DNA of 64,000 bases from NCBI RefSeq assembly GCF_011386835.1, contig NC_088807.1, forward strand, positions 1,922,001 to 1,986,000. Reading direction: 5' to 3'. The DNA is from Chrysemys picta bellii. Its lineage: Eukaryota. Of this stretch, positions 11,390-24,580 are shown piece by piece; position 1 is the first letter of the stretch, and each line of letters begins with the position of its first letter. The position numbers were made by a program, and so were the translations under genes. The notes beneath the pieces are model-generated. The model was given only the letters and a program-made list of their open reading frames with translations, searched no databases and was not told where the DNA came from.

Positions 11390-11939
11390 GTGAGGGGGGG
11401 CTGCGAACCCAGGCATCCGGCCGAGCCCTGCCAGCAGCTGGAGGGCACCGGCCGGGGGGGGCTTTGGGGTTCCCCCCTCGCTGGGTCTGGGGGCCCCCCG
11501 GCTCTGAGACCCAGGCCCCAGGGCAGTACCAGGCTTACAATGGTACAAGGGGGGCCCTGCCTGGCTCCCCGGAGCTGCGCCGCCCGGGACTGGTGCAGAA
11601 GGCAGTTGCGGGGGGACAGAGTGGGGGGCTTGGCTGGGCCCCCCCAGGCAGGTGGGTCCTGAGGGGGCCTGGGCGGGGCAGCCCCTGGCCTGGTGATCCC
11701 ACCGCTGCCGAGGGGCTGGAGCGATTCCCGGCCCCGGGACCGGCCCTGGCTGCGCTGCCGGCTCAGCCCGACAGAGACAGTCGCCTCCCAGCCGGGCCGG
11801 AGAGTGCAGCCGGGAGGCAGGGCCTGGGGGAGCGGGTCTGGGGGGGTGCTGGGGGGAAAGCTGGGTGGTGGTGGGGGAGGATCTGTGTGTGTCGGGGTTC
11901 AGGGGGGTCTGCAGAGCTCTGCTCCTCTGATGCAGCTCT

Positions 11940-12208
11940 GTGGCTGGGAGACAGGACTCCTGGGTTCTATCCCCGCTCTGGGAGGGGAGGGGAGGGGACG
12001 GGGGGCTAGTGGTTAGAGTAGGGGGGCTGGGAGCCAGGACTCCTGGGGTTCTCTCCCCGGCTCTGGGAGGGGAGGGGAGGGGGGGCTAGTGGTTAGAGCA
12101 GGGGGGCTGGGAGCCAGGACTCCTGGGTTCTATCCCCGCTCTGGGAGGGGAGGGGAGGGGGGGGCTAGTGGTTAGAGCAGGGCGGGCTGGGAGCCAGGAC
12201 TCCTGGGG
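11940..12208 (+). repeat. Family A SINE-head array in a TMEM91 intron
   Basis: About 4 units. Confidence 0.85.
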
Positions 12209-12262
12209 TTAACAGTGGCCGCCGGGGTACCGCACTCCCCCCAGCCCCCTGATCTGGATTAA

Positions 12263-13112
<850 letters not shown>

Positions 13113-13476
13113 TGCCCCCCCCGGGAATGGGGGGTGGGGGGAAGAAGGCTGCCTGGACTGGGGGCACCCCCCCCCCGACAGACGGGGGCCGGCTCCTGGA
13201 CACGCCTGAGCCCAGCGCTGCGGGGATGGAGGCCAGCGGAGAGATTTGGACTAGCGGCTCCCTCCCCGCCACCAGAGACATGGGCCCGGATGCCTGGGTT
13301 CACCAGGAGCAGGGTTTGGGAGCTTGATTCGTGGTGACCGACCGGACCTTCCCCCCACACACACTTTCTTCCTTCCTCCTTCATGCCCCCCCCACTGTGT
13401 CCCCATTTTGTATGTCCTCCCCTCTCCCCAGCCTTCTGCTCAGGGTCACGCTCTGCCCAAGGGGCGCGCCCCATCC

Positions 13477-13482
13477 AATAAA
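13477..13482 (+). terminator. TMEM91: TMEM91 polyadenylation signal AATAAA
   Basis: First AATAAA, 365 nt after the stop. Confidence 0.7.
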
Positions 13483-13624
13483 GGCCCCGTGCACTTTGCC
13501 TGCATCCGCTGGGCGGCGAGGGGTCAGCCCCACAGGGGAGGGGTTAACGCCCCAGCCGGGGGGCTGCTTCCATTGCCCCCCGCTGCCCAAAGTGCTTGGA
13601 GGCCCATAGAGGAAGTGGGTTCTC

Positions 13625-13880
13625 CTGGAGCCAAGGGGTTGGGAGCCAGGACTCCTGGGTTCAATCCCCAGCTGCGAGGGGGGGTGGTCTAGTGGGTTAC
13701 AGGTGTGGGGGGCTGGGAGCCAGGACTCCTGGGTTCTATCCCTGGCTGTGGGAGGGGAGTGGTGTCTGGTGGTTAAAGCAGGGGGGGCTGGGAGCCAGGA
13801 CTCCTGGGTTCTCTACCCCTGACTCCCGGTCTGACCTCAGCAAGTCCACCCCCCTCTTGGTGCCTCAGTTTCTCCCTCTG
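13625..13880 (+). mobile_element. Family A array ending in a MIR/CORE-like segment
   Basis: Last unit continues ...gcaagtcc...gtgcctcagtttc. Confidence 0.7.
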
Positions 13881-14639
13881 AACTGCTGACATCCTCATGG
13901 TGGAGACGATTCATCCTCAAACGAAGCAGGATGCAGCCGCTTCCCACCAGCCCCCCGCGCTCTCCGCTGTGGGGGGGATGCGGCTGCAGCCTCTCCCCTC
14001 GGGCCCGGAGCGTCTGAGCGGCCCCGCAGCTCCATCCCAGACGGATGGACCCTCACCAGCCCCGCTCTGGCTTTTTCAGTGAAAGCCTTAAAGGTTACCT
14101 TGATCCCCGCTCAGGCGGAAAACTTCCCCGGAGCCCGCGTGGCTGGCTGGGAGACAGCTAAAATCCCCCCCACCCCGGTGCTCCCCCACGCAGCTCGTCC
14201 CTCCCTGCCCGCCCCCCGGCGATTGGCTTGGGGCTGGGTCGGTTACACGGGGCTGCCCACACGGTCCAGCACCGCAGAGCGGGAGCGAACGGGGCCAGGC
14301 CCCCAGCGGCCGTGAATCAGCGTCGCTCCAGTTGGAGTCAACGGGGCCAGGCCCCCAGTGGCTGAGTCAGCAACCGAAAGCAAATTACAGCAGTCGAGCG
14401 GCTCCCGGAGCTATTCTGGGTTCACACGAGTGTCAGCAGGAGAATTTGGCCCTAAATTGGTTCAGGCTGGTGCCACCACCATGAAATCAGCTCCCCAGCC
14501 TGCCCCTCTCAGCCCAGGTTTTCTAATACCCCCCCCCCAACAGGAAGCCTGGGGTTAAAAACCCAACCCGCCCCTTCCCTTCCCTCTGCGACATCCCAGC
14601 TTTGGGCTAGAGGGGGTGGCCAGCCTGCAGGCCACACAC

Positions 14640-15062
14640 GGCCCCCCTGGTGCATTTTAGGGGTCCCGGAGCCAGGCACGGCCCCGCCTGCGCATTTCAG
14701 GGGGCCCTGGCCGCACACAGCCCCCCCGGCATATATCGGGAGGCCCTGGCCGCACACAGCCCCCCCGGCACATATCGGGAGGCCCTGGCCGCACACAGCC
14801 CCCCCGGCACATATCGGGAGGCCCTGGCCGCACACAGCCCTGCCAGCACATTTTGGGAGGCCCCTGGGCCGCACACGGCCCCGCCCGTGCATTTCGGGGG
14901 GCCCTGGCCGCACACAGCCCCCCCCCAGCACATATCGGGAGGTCCTGGGCCAGGCACGGCCCCGCCAGCACATTTTGGGAGGCCCCTGGGCCGCACATGG
15001 CCCCGCCCGTGCATTTCGGGGGGCCCTGGCCACACACGGCCCCACCCGCGCATTTCAGGAGG
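14640..15062. repeat. ~40-bp minisatellite
   Basis: gggaggccctggccgcacacagcccccccggcacatatc units. Confidence 0.88.
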
Positions 15063-15329
15063 CCCACGTCCTGCTTCACCAGAATCTACTAACAGCCAAT
15101 TCCTTGGCGCGCTGTGGTCACGTTCACAGCAGTTTCGGTGACACTGAACAGCCCAGGGTAGACAAAGCCCCCAGGTAAATACACATGAAAGCAGCAGCAC
15201 TTGACCTATAAACCAATGTGCCCCACTCGAGACGGCTGCATCTCAGTGCAGGGTGAGGGATCCAGGTATGAACAGCCCCTGGGCCCCACTCCACCCCAGA
15301 GGCAGCTGCATCTAAGCATTAGGGGAGGG

Positions 15330-15994
15330 TGTCCCGGAGTCCCCGGGCGATGCTCTGGAACTGCTCCCCACAAAGCCAGGCAGGACTTTGGGGAGCCTCC
15401 TCTCCCTCGGAGCAGACCGTCTTCAGGGCAAGAAGCTCACACGGCTTCACCTCCTGGGTCTCTCCTGGGAGCATTCAGCATCTGCCCCTCCGTGCGCTTC
15501 CCACAGCGAGTCCGCCCCGGCGGGGTCCTGGGGCAGCCAGAGGGTCCTGCACCCCCACTTCGCAGTCAGACGTGACTCTCGGCCAGCCAGTAACACAGAG
15601 GTTTATTAGATGACAGGAACAGGGTCTAAAACAGAGCTTGTAGGTACAGCAAACGGGACCCCTCAGCCGGGTCCATTCTGGGGGGCAGTGAGCCAGACAC
15701 CCCCGTCTGCCCTCACTCCTAGTCCCCAGCCAGCCCCAAACTCAACCCCCCTCCAGCCCCTCCTCCTCTGGGTTTTGTCACCTGATCTCTTTGTTCTCCC
15801 ACACCTTTAGAAATCCCCTTGCAGGGGGGAAGGCCCCTGGCCATTAGTTGCCAGGAAACAGAAGTCGGCCATTATGTGCACTGGCCCTTTGCTCTGCAAC
15901 AATCTCACCCCCTAGAGACTTAAGAAATGCATAGGGGAAACTGAGGCACCCACACAGTATTAGAGGAAACATTAAGAACAGTCCCACTTCGTCA
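15330..15994 (-). mobile_element. Solo LTR-like element (665 bp)
   Basis: TG...CA termini; flanks gaggg/gagag (4/5 putative TSD); internal AATAAA on - strand at 15602-15607; lower GC than surroundings. Confidence 0.6.
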
Positions 15995-18457
15995 GAGAGG
16001 GGGCCCTGCCTATAGTCCCCATGCCTCACCCCAGAGGTGGCTGCATCTCAGCTCCTGGTGACGGATCCTTTAGCAAGTGGAAGAGCATGAACATTAGCAG
16101 CGCCCCTGAAAACGGCGGGGCCATTGCGAGCCGAGAACTGCTCTGGACAGAGATGTTTTCAAAGCCAGGCAGCCGGCCCCCACCCCACCGTGGAAATTAA
16201 CCGGAGTCATGCGGCTAAATCCCGGGGGCAGATTTGAAATGTCAAGGCACAGCTGGCTGGGTTGTTTCGGTGCAGAGCCCCGGGGTGGGGACCAGGCGCC
16301 CGATTGCTTTTCAGCCAGTGCCGCCGTCCGGCCAGCCCGGGCCGAGTCCTGCTGGTCCAGGCCTGGCCCACCAGTGATTTACGCCCCGCGACTCGTGGGA
16401 ACGACACCCCCACCGTGGCTGGGCTGCGGGGGGCGAGCCGGGGGCTCCGTTCTCAGCCCGGTGGGACAGCCACTGGGGTCTAACCTGAGCCCAACACCCC
16501 CCTGGTTATTAAAAGACGCCGATCTCGCTACACGGCTTGCTGGGGTTTTTCCGGGGGGGAGGTTGCGGCAAGGTGTGAGCATTAAAAAAAAAAATCACAT
16601 TCCCGTTCTACGCTGCCAGAGTCACGTGGCTGGCTCGGCCTCGAGGAGCGGGAGGAATGATGGTCTGCTCCAGGGCCCGAGGAATTGGGGGGTACGTGTG
16701 AAAGAGCGGCAGGTCCCCCCAGGCCTGGCTCAGGCTGCAGGAGGCTGGAAAGGGGGCAGGGAGACGGGTTAGAGCAGGAGCCGAATGGAGCTCGCAGCGC
16801 CGACGGGCAAGTGAAAGATCATTTCATTAAAGCGATTAGGCTCATTAACCAAAGTGGCTGCCTGGCTGCAGCGGGCGGGGGGGGGGCAGGATTTCAGGGG
16901 GGAGAACCCCCCCCAACTACAGAATGCAGAGGGGCACGGCCAGGGGGTCCTGCCGGCTAGCTCCACGCAGGCTGTTTCCTCTGCTGCGCAGGCAGCGGCT
17001 GCCTCTGGGGTGGAGCACGGCGAGGGTTCAACATGGGAAGTGCAGCCGGTGGAAGAAGGACACTTCACGGCCATCAGCAGACAAGGCCGGGGGAGGAGGG
17101 GGTGCCAGGTCCCCAAAGGACCCCCGGGAAGGGGGGAGGCTGAGTCGTAGCCAGGGGGTTTCAGAGCTGACGCTGGGACCCCAAAGCCGAGCTGAGAGGC
17201 CAGATCCTGCGGGTCGCAGCAAACCGGCCACACTGCCCGTGGGCTTTTGTTCCAGCTCCAAGAGTGGGCGGAGGCACGTTCTCATTAACAGCCTCGTTAG
17301 CGGAAATGACACCCCCCCCCCGCCAGGCCTCCGGGTCCTGTTCCCCCTCGGGGTGGGCACGCGAGCCACAGAGCTGGCCCAGCAGGCGAAGGGGCGACCT
17401 GAGCCCACGGGGGGACCAGCCCGGTAAGCGAGGGGGCTGCAGTCCAACCTGGAGCTGGAAAGAGGGGTCAACGTTTACCGGGGAGGGGAAGGACCCAGGG
17501 AACCAGCCCACGCCAGCGCCTGGTTCTTCTCCTTCACCCAAGAGTTCCTTGGGGCCGCCCCAGGGCAGACAGGATCCCCCCGCCCCCCGGCTGGCCTGGG
17601 CCCCGCTCCCAGTGGGGGAGAGATCAGAGCACAGGGGTCTCCCCGGCCCTGGGGGCGCTCCGGAGAAGGCTGCGGGCAGAGGGAGAAAGCCGGGGAGCGA
17701 GAAGGGGGAACACAGGGAGGAATGAACGTGTCCCCCACTTTCACCCCGGTGCACAGCCAGCCATCGTGCTGGGCTCAGGCAGGTGGGTTCGGCCCCCGGC
17801 CGGGGTGCAAGAAGGGGCGGGTCCTAGGGCCCAGACGGGTAAATAAAAAGGGGGAACGAGCCAATGAAAAGAGAGATCAGCCCATGAGTCACTGACAGCT
17901 CCCACCTGGGTTTACACTCGATTTCCCCTGCAAATCCACCCCTGCCCCGAATCCCCTCCCAGTTTAACCCTCGCCACCCCCACCCCCAGCGCACACTGAG
18001 CAGGGGGGCTGGGCTGGGAGCTGCTGCACAGCTGCGGTACACAAGGGGTTAAACAGGGGCGGGGGGGGGGGCTCTGCAGGGCAGGGCTGGCCCGGCTGCA
18101 GAGGGGTCCAGATGCCCCCCCCCCCCCCGGCTCTGCCAGGCAAGAGCCCCCGTGCAGCAGGGCCAAGTGGAGATTGGCACTGGGAGGGGAGACCAGCACC
18201 CCCACCGGGCCTCAGTTTCCCCCAGTCGCGTCCGCAAGGAGACAGCCGGGGCCCCGTGGAGCTCACGGTCGCCGGGGCGCAGTGCCGGGAATTCGGCTGC
18301 CCACCGGCTCCGCTGGAGGGAACGGAAAACCAGCAGGGGCAGATCCCTGCAGAGCAGCGGTGGGCGTGGGGGGGAAAATCGCACGGCCAAGGGACGCGCT
18401 CCGTCCCACACACGGTGCAGACGGCTGGCTGGACACACGGGGGGGGGACACCCCCTT

Positions 18458-18463
18458 TTTAAT
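18458..18463 (-). terminator. EXOSC5: Probable EXOSC5 polyA signal ATTAAA
   Basis: tttaat about 110 nt past the stop. Confidence 0.55.
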
Positions 18464-18571
18464 GGGCACCGCGGCACAGAGTTCATGGCGGCAAACGCCG
18501 GGTTTGGGGTGATCCGGACGCAGCCTGCGCGGCCGGGCAGGAGCCGGGAGCGGTTTCACGGATCCGGGGCC

Positions 18572-18664
18572 TCACGCCTTGGAGTATTTCCTGCGGACGG
18601 AGTCCCGGTAGAACTGGAAGATGGCGCCGCTGGCCCGCTGGGCGGCCGCGATACACCGCTGCAG
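18572..18664 (-). CDS. EXOSC5: EXOSC5 exon 6 (LQRCIAAAQRASGAIFQFYRDSVRRKYSKA*)
   Basis: Matches the RRP46 C-terminus; CAG acceptor 18665-18667. Confidence 0.96.
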   Translation of the reverse strand: MQRCIAAAQRASGAIFQFYRDSVRRKYSKA

Positions 18665-19212
18665 CTGGGGAGGAGCAGGGAGACGGGCGGTTAGAGCGGG
18701 GGGACCCCAGAGACAGGCCCCCACGGCGGGCTGGGGCCGCGAAGGAGACTCTCCGCTCTGCCAGGGGCAGGATGGGATCATTGCTCTGACCAACCTGCCT
18801 GGAGGGGCGGCTCGGATTCCCCATCCCCAGGAAGGGGGGGCCTGCTCTCTGTGTATGGGGCGGTGGGCAGGGCAGGGGGTGTGGCCCCACAGAACAGGGG
18901 GACACAGCCGGGGAGGGGGGGCTGCTCGGCCTCCAGCCACCAGTGGTGGGCTGAGCCCCCCAACTCATTTCACACTGGGGGAGGACCCTGATCCCCTTCC
19001 CTGTAATACATGAGAACCCCCCATGCCCTCCCTCCGGGCCAGGACCCCCACATTCCCTGCCCAACCCCACAGAGACCACAGCCAGCCCAGAAGTGGGGCT
19101 GGGGGGAGGTGAGGGGGAGATGGGAGGAGAGCTGCCATCCCAGCACCCTACCTCCCATCGCCATAGCAACCAGGCTGGGGCTGTGACTCCCCATCAATCA
19201 TTCAAACTGCCC

Positions 19213-19460
19213 CGAACCCAGGAGGGGAACCCTTCGCTCCCAGCCCCCCCCTTCCTGCAGCCCCCCCCCAGTGCCCAGGAGGGGAACCCTTCGCTCCCAG
19301 CCCCCCCCTTCCTGCAGGCAGCCCCCCCCCCCCAGTGCCCAGGAGGGGAACCCTTCGCTCCCAGCCCCCCCTTCCTGCAGCCCCCCCAGTGCCCAGGAGG
19401 GGAACCCTTCGCTCCCAGCCCCCCCCTTCCTGCAGGCGCCCCCCCCCAGTGCCCAGGAGG
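19213..19460. repeat. ~46-bp minisatellite in EXOSC5 intron 5
   Basis: ccaggaggggaacccttcgctcccagcccccccttcctgcag x5. Confidence 0.9.
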
Positions 19461-19844
19461 GGAGAAAACAGCCCCAAGGGAGCCCAGGGGTCGCTCCCCA
19501 CCGGCCCCTCAGAGGGCTCTGGAAGTGACTGCGTGAGATGCGCCCAGCTCTGGGCCGCGCGGCAGCCGGGGGCTCTCGTGCCCGAGGGTCTCCCAGCCAG
19601 GCCGGGCACAGGCCGCCCCGCTTAGCTTCCCCCCTGGGAGCAGCCGGGCGAGGAATGGTCAAAGGACCCAGCTGGGGCTCAGAGCAGCACCCCCCACCGC
19701 CCCCCTGCCCTCAGTGGCTCTGCCCCAGCACCAGCCGCCCGGGGAGCGGCTGGGAAACCAGATGTGGCTGAAAGGCTCCGAAATTCTGCCCCTGAGCAAC
19801 AGCCGGGCACGTGCCAGCCCCAAGCAAAGTGTCACAGCAACCCC

Positions 19845-21110
19845 CCGCCCCGCTCTGCCAGCCCTGGGCTCCCGCCCCCCAGCCCTGCCGGTGCCCCTCA
19901 CTCCCAACCCGCAGCCCCTGCCAGCCCAGCCCTGCCGGTGCCCCTCACTCCCGACCCGCAGCCCCCTGCTATCCCAGCCCAGCCCTGCCCCAGCTCTGCC
20001 AGCCCTGGGCTCCCGCCCCCCCAGCCCTGCCGGTGCCCCCCGCCCCGCTCTGCCAGCCCTGGGCTCCCGCCCCCCAGCCCTGCCGGTGCCCCCCGCCCCG
20101 CTCTGCCAGCCCTGGGCTCCCGCCCCCCAGCCCTGCCGGTGCCCCCCGCCCCGCTCTGCCAGCCCTGGGCTCCCGCCCCCCAGCCCTGCCGGTGCCCCCC
20201 GCCCCGCTCTGCCAGCCCTGGGCTCCCGCCCCCCAGCCCTGCCGGTGCCCCCCGCCCCGCTCTGCCAGCCCTGGGCTCCTGCCCCCCAGCCCTGCCGGTG
20301 CCCCTCACTCCCGACCCGCAGACCCTGCCAGCCCAGCCCTGCCCCCCCCCCAGCTCCGCCGGTGCCCCTCACTCCCGACCCGCAGCCCCTGCCAGCCCAG
20401 CCCTGCCGGTGCCCCTCACTCCCGACCCGCAGCCCCTGCCAGCCCAGCCCTGCCGGTGCCCCCCGCCCCGCTCTGCCAGCCCTGGGCTCCCGCCCCCCAG
20501 CCCTGCCGGTGCCCCCCGCCCCGCTCTGCCAGCCCTGGGCTCCCACCCCCCAGCCCTGCCGGTGCCCCTCACTCCCGACCCGCAGCCCCTGCCAGCCCAG
20601 CCCTGCCGGTGCCCCCCGCCCCGCTCTGCCAGCCCTGGGCTCCCGCCCCCCAGCTCTGCCGGTGCCCCTCACTCCCGACCCGCAGCCCCTGCCAGCCCAG
20701 CCCTGCCGGTGCCCCCCGCCCCGCTCTGCCAGCCCTGGGCTCCCGCCCCCCAGCCCTGCCGGTGCCCCTCACTCCCGACCCGCAGCCCCTGCTAGCCCAG
20801 CCCTGTCTCCCCACAGCTCTGCCAGGGCCCCTCACTCCCGACCCGCAGCCCCTGCCAGCCCAGCCCTGCCAGTGCCCCTCACTCCCGACCCGCAGCCCCT
20901 GCCAGCCCAGCCCTGCCGGTGCCCCCCGCCCCGCTCTGCCAGCCCTGGGCTCCCGCCCCCCAGCCCTGCCGGTGCCCCTCACTCCCGACCCGCAGCCCCT
21001 GCTAGCCCAGCCCTGTCTCCCCACAGCTCTGCCAGGGCCCCTCACTCCCGACCTGCAGCCCCTGCCAGCCCAGCCCTGCCCTGCCCCCCACCCCAGCTCT
21101 GCCAGGGCCC
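19845..21110 (-). repeat. Compound family B minisatellite (two interleaved sub-units)
   Basis: Alternating cctcactcccgacccgcagcccctg and ccgccccgctctgccagccctgggctcccg units. Confidence 0.93.
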
Positions 21111-21489
21111 CCATCCCTGACCCTGGGCGGCAGATTTCCCAGGGTCTGGAGGGAAACGGCTCTGCTAGCGAAGCCGGAGCGCAGAGCTGAGCTGTAAACG
21201 CAGCATGGCCCAGCACCAGCTCTCGCCCGTCTCATCCCCCGCCAGGGCACCGAAGGGTTAAGAGCCAGCTGGGGAACCCCCCCTCCATTGCTCTGCCCCC
21301 CACATGCAGGCAGGGCTGAGATCCCCCCACCCCCCCGCAGCAGCCAGGCTCTGAACGTCTCACGTCAATTCCCTTGCTGCAGCGGGCGCGTGGGCGCAGC
21401 CCCCTCCTGGGCTGAGCCGGGGGGGGGGGGGGCGGGAATGGATTGACAGCGGCAGAGATTGGGGGAGGCAGATGCCCCCCCCCCCCCCC

Positions 21490-21870
21490 GGTGGTAACAG
21501 GCGCCGGAGCCACAGACACACGCTGTGATATGTGTCCACTAGGCCAACGCGAGTGCACACACCACAGCGACGCACACACAGCCACAACCTGGAATGCTCT
21601 GGGGGCACACAACACGGCAACGAGTGTGCACAGAATCACAACCACACACACCACAGCAACACACAGCCACAACACAACACGGCAGTGAGTGCACACACAG
21701 AATCACAGCCGTGCACTGGAAAGCAACGCACACACACGAGAGCAACGCACACACACGAGAGCAACGCACACACACGAGAGCAACGCACACACAGCCACAA
21801 CCACGTGCTGGAAAGCAATGCGCACACACGGCAATGCACATGCACACAATCACAACCACACGCACTAGAG
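21490..21870. repeat. Degenerate CA-rich simple repeat
   Basis: cacacacgagagcaacg-type repeats. Confidence 0.75.
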
Positions 21871-22416
21871 CCCCCCCCGGGGGGCAGAGGCCAGCCCCAG
21901 CAGTGCACTCCAGCCACGCCCCCCTATGTGGGGGGGGGGGGAGAGAGTCTGGGAGCAAGGGGATGCAGCGGAGACTCCATGCATGGGGGATTCTCGGGGG
22001 GGAGGGAGCCGTCCCGCCCCCTCTCAGACCCTGCACGCTGCTGGACGGTCTCGGTGCCCGTACGCGCTTTGAGATCCCAGAAGCGCCGGGGGACCCGCCG
22101 GCACACACAGAGCAGCGGCTGCGGCCGGACATGACCCCTCCCGGGTACAGAGCGGGGCCCCCCACCCCGACTTAGCCAGCAGCAGCGCTCGGCGGCCCCT
22201 TCCCACAAGGGGATCCGTCTGCACCCGGCAGGGACCAAGCAGAGCTCCCGGCTCGGTGCACAAGAGACCCCCGAGATCTCCGAGCCTGATCCAACACGCT
22301 ACTGGTCTGAGCAGCCTGGGGCGCTCAGGACCCCGCGCCCCAAGCCGGGTTCGCCCCCGCGCATGGCACCCCGGCCACGCCTCCGCACATGGCACCCCGG
22401 CCACACCCCCGCTCAC

Positions 22417-22506
22417 CTCCTCCACCGAGCAGGTCCCCTTGCTGGTGGACATGAGCACCTGCTGCTCCACGCTGCTGATGGCGAAGGTCAGCACGGCCCG
22501 AGCCTC
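22417..22506 (-). CDS. EXOSC5: EXOSC5 exon 5 (EARAVLTFAISSVEQQVLMSTSKGTCSVEE)
   Basis: 90 nt, CAG acceptor / GTGAG donor, phase 0. Confidence 0.96.
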
Positions 22507-23303
22507 CTGCCAGGGAAGGGGGACAGTGAACTGCCTGGCCACGCCGCTGCGGGGGGATAGACCATGCTGGGGCCTTCCCCGCTCACCCCGGGACCCTCGC
22601 AGGCCAGGATCCCACCTCTATGGTCCCAGCCCGCCAGAGCTTGGCTAACTCCCCTCGTGTCAGACACGTGCGCTGCAGGCGCTGTTAGCCAGGCAGCCTG
22701 CTCGCGCCTACGTCCAGTGGCAGAGAGTTCCACAGGCCACACCGACAAATGACGTGGGATTATTTCAGCTCCACTATTTCTGCTCGCAGAGGTCACCACC
22801 TCGCATTTTGCCGCAGTTTCCCCGATTTCTGACTCCCAGTCCCCTGGCGGCTCTAACCACTGGACCCCCTCTCCACTCCCACAGCCAGAGAAGAGTGCTG
22901 GCCCCGTTCTCACTGCTAGACCCCTCTCGGTACACACGGAGCGGACAAGGCCGGGGGAGCGGGGAGGGAGAATTGATTCCCACCGCCAGGCAGGAGGGTC
23001 AGGGGCTGGCAACGTTTACGAGCCATTAAGAGCATTCGGGTCAGAGGAGCGGAGGCAGCAAAGCTCCACGCTCCAGGGCACCCGTCAGCGCAGGGGCAGG
23101 AAGGAACCACCCCCCCCAGCCCCCACTGTGCTGGGTGCGACAGACCCTCCCACCCATTGTGCCAGGCACAGACCCTGCCCCCCCCCCCAATCAGGGCCCC
23201 CCCTTGTGCTGGTTGCTGCTTCTAGTCCCGTGGGGACACCGCGGCGCTAAACCCAGACACCCCTAGGGCACAGCCGTCTGGCTCTGGGCAGTCCCACACC
23301 CAC

Positions 23304-23445
23304 CTTCTCCTGCTTGGCCGTGGGGTCGAGGCTGATGGCCCCAGTGGCGTCCAGGGCGCACGTCACCCCCGCAGAAAAGCGACTTCATGGGCAGGCCAGC
23401 GTCCATCAGCCCCATGCAGGCCGCATTCAGGCAGCACGCCAGCAG
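23304..23445 (-). CDS. EXOSC5: EXOSC5 exon 4 ([47 protein letters not shown]); 142 nt with one extra base
   Basis: Strong RRP46 similarity on both sides of a 5-C run at 23366-23370, where 4 restores the frame. Confidence 0.93.
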
Positions 23446-24399
23446 CTGGGCGCCGGGTCAAGGGAAAGCTGCCAGGGAACTTGTCAGGGCAGCCCGGCCC
23501 CACTGAGCCAGGCTTAACCCACCCAACCCCTTCCCCCGGGCAGTTCTGTCACGTCCCTGCTCAGATCGCGCCAGGCGCCGCCTAGACCCCAGCTGAGATC
23601 GGGGCCCCGTCGCGCCGGGCGCCACCCAGACCCCAACCGAGATCGGGGCCCCGTCGCGCCGGGCGCCACCCAGATCAGGGATCAGGGCCCCGTCGCGGGC
23701 AGTGCAGCATCCGAGATTGGGGGGTCCTGTTGCCACTCAGACACACAGAGAGAGAGTCTCTGCCCAAAGAGCTCAATTTAAACAGACACAGGCAGGATCG
23801 ATTCTCTTTTTACAAGTGGGAAACCGAGGCACAGTAGACTGAGTGACTTGCTGAAGGTCCCAGTGGCAGAGCCAGGGACTGAACCCAGCGTCCCAGCCAG
23901 GTGGCGCTTCCTCTGGGGACGCTCAGCACGAGATCAGCCAAAAACATAGGCGAGATCTGCGCTGGCTGGGGGATGGGCTGGAGCGTACCCGGGGTTCAGT
24001 CCCCCTAAAGAAGATCAGAGCAGCTGGAGATGGCGGGGGGAGAGGGGAGGATGCAGGGGGACCCACCACCAGCCCCGAACGGGGGAAACAGTCTTTCCAC
24101 GGCGCTCTTCATCTGCGAGTTAAACAGCCGGCGCCTGCCAAGCCCTCCGCAGATGTGAAGTGGGCTATTGGCCTTGTTAACGAACACTGGCTAATTAACT
24201 AGGAGGGGCGCCGCGGCCCGTCCTCCCTAGCAGCCCCAGCAGCGGGGACCCGGCTCTTGGCCGCTGGGCGCCACATGGAGGGAAACCACCGCTCGTTTCT
24301 TCAGACAGCTGCGAGCCCCTATTTCAGCACGTGCAGAACCCACCTCAGCCGGAAAGCGCTCCTGGATCTGCGGCGTCTGGAGGATGGGCGGGTCGCAGG

Positions 24400-24580
24400 G
24401 GGCTGGGAGCCAGGACTCCTGGGTTCTCTCCCCGGCTCTGGGAGGGGAGTGGGGGTCTAGTCGTTAGAGCGGGGGGGGGGGCTAGGAGTTGGGACTCCTC
24501 GCTTCTATCTCCAGCTCTGCCACAAACTTGCATCACCCTGAGCAAGCCACTTGCTCTCTCCGTGCCTCAGTTTCCCCACG
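24400..24580 (+). mobile_element. Family A units plus a MIR/CORE-like body
   Basis: ...ctctgccacaaac...gcaagccacttgctctctccgtgcctcagtttcccca. Confidence 0.7.

Noticed and set aside
10178-11662. 494-aa ORF as a gene
   Set aside because: Only the 26 codons before 11389 are homologous (TMEM91, frameshifted); the rest runs through intron and a SINE fragment
19659-21216. Multiple 200-468 aa Pro/Gly/Ala-rich ORFs (also at 896-1666, 7032-7952, 29003-30744, 38368-39782)
   Set aside because: They coincide with GC-rich minisatellites that lack stop codons by composition; no domain signal
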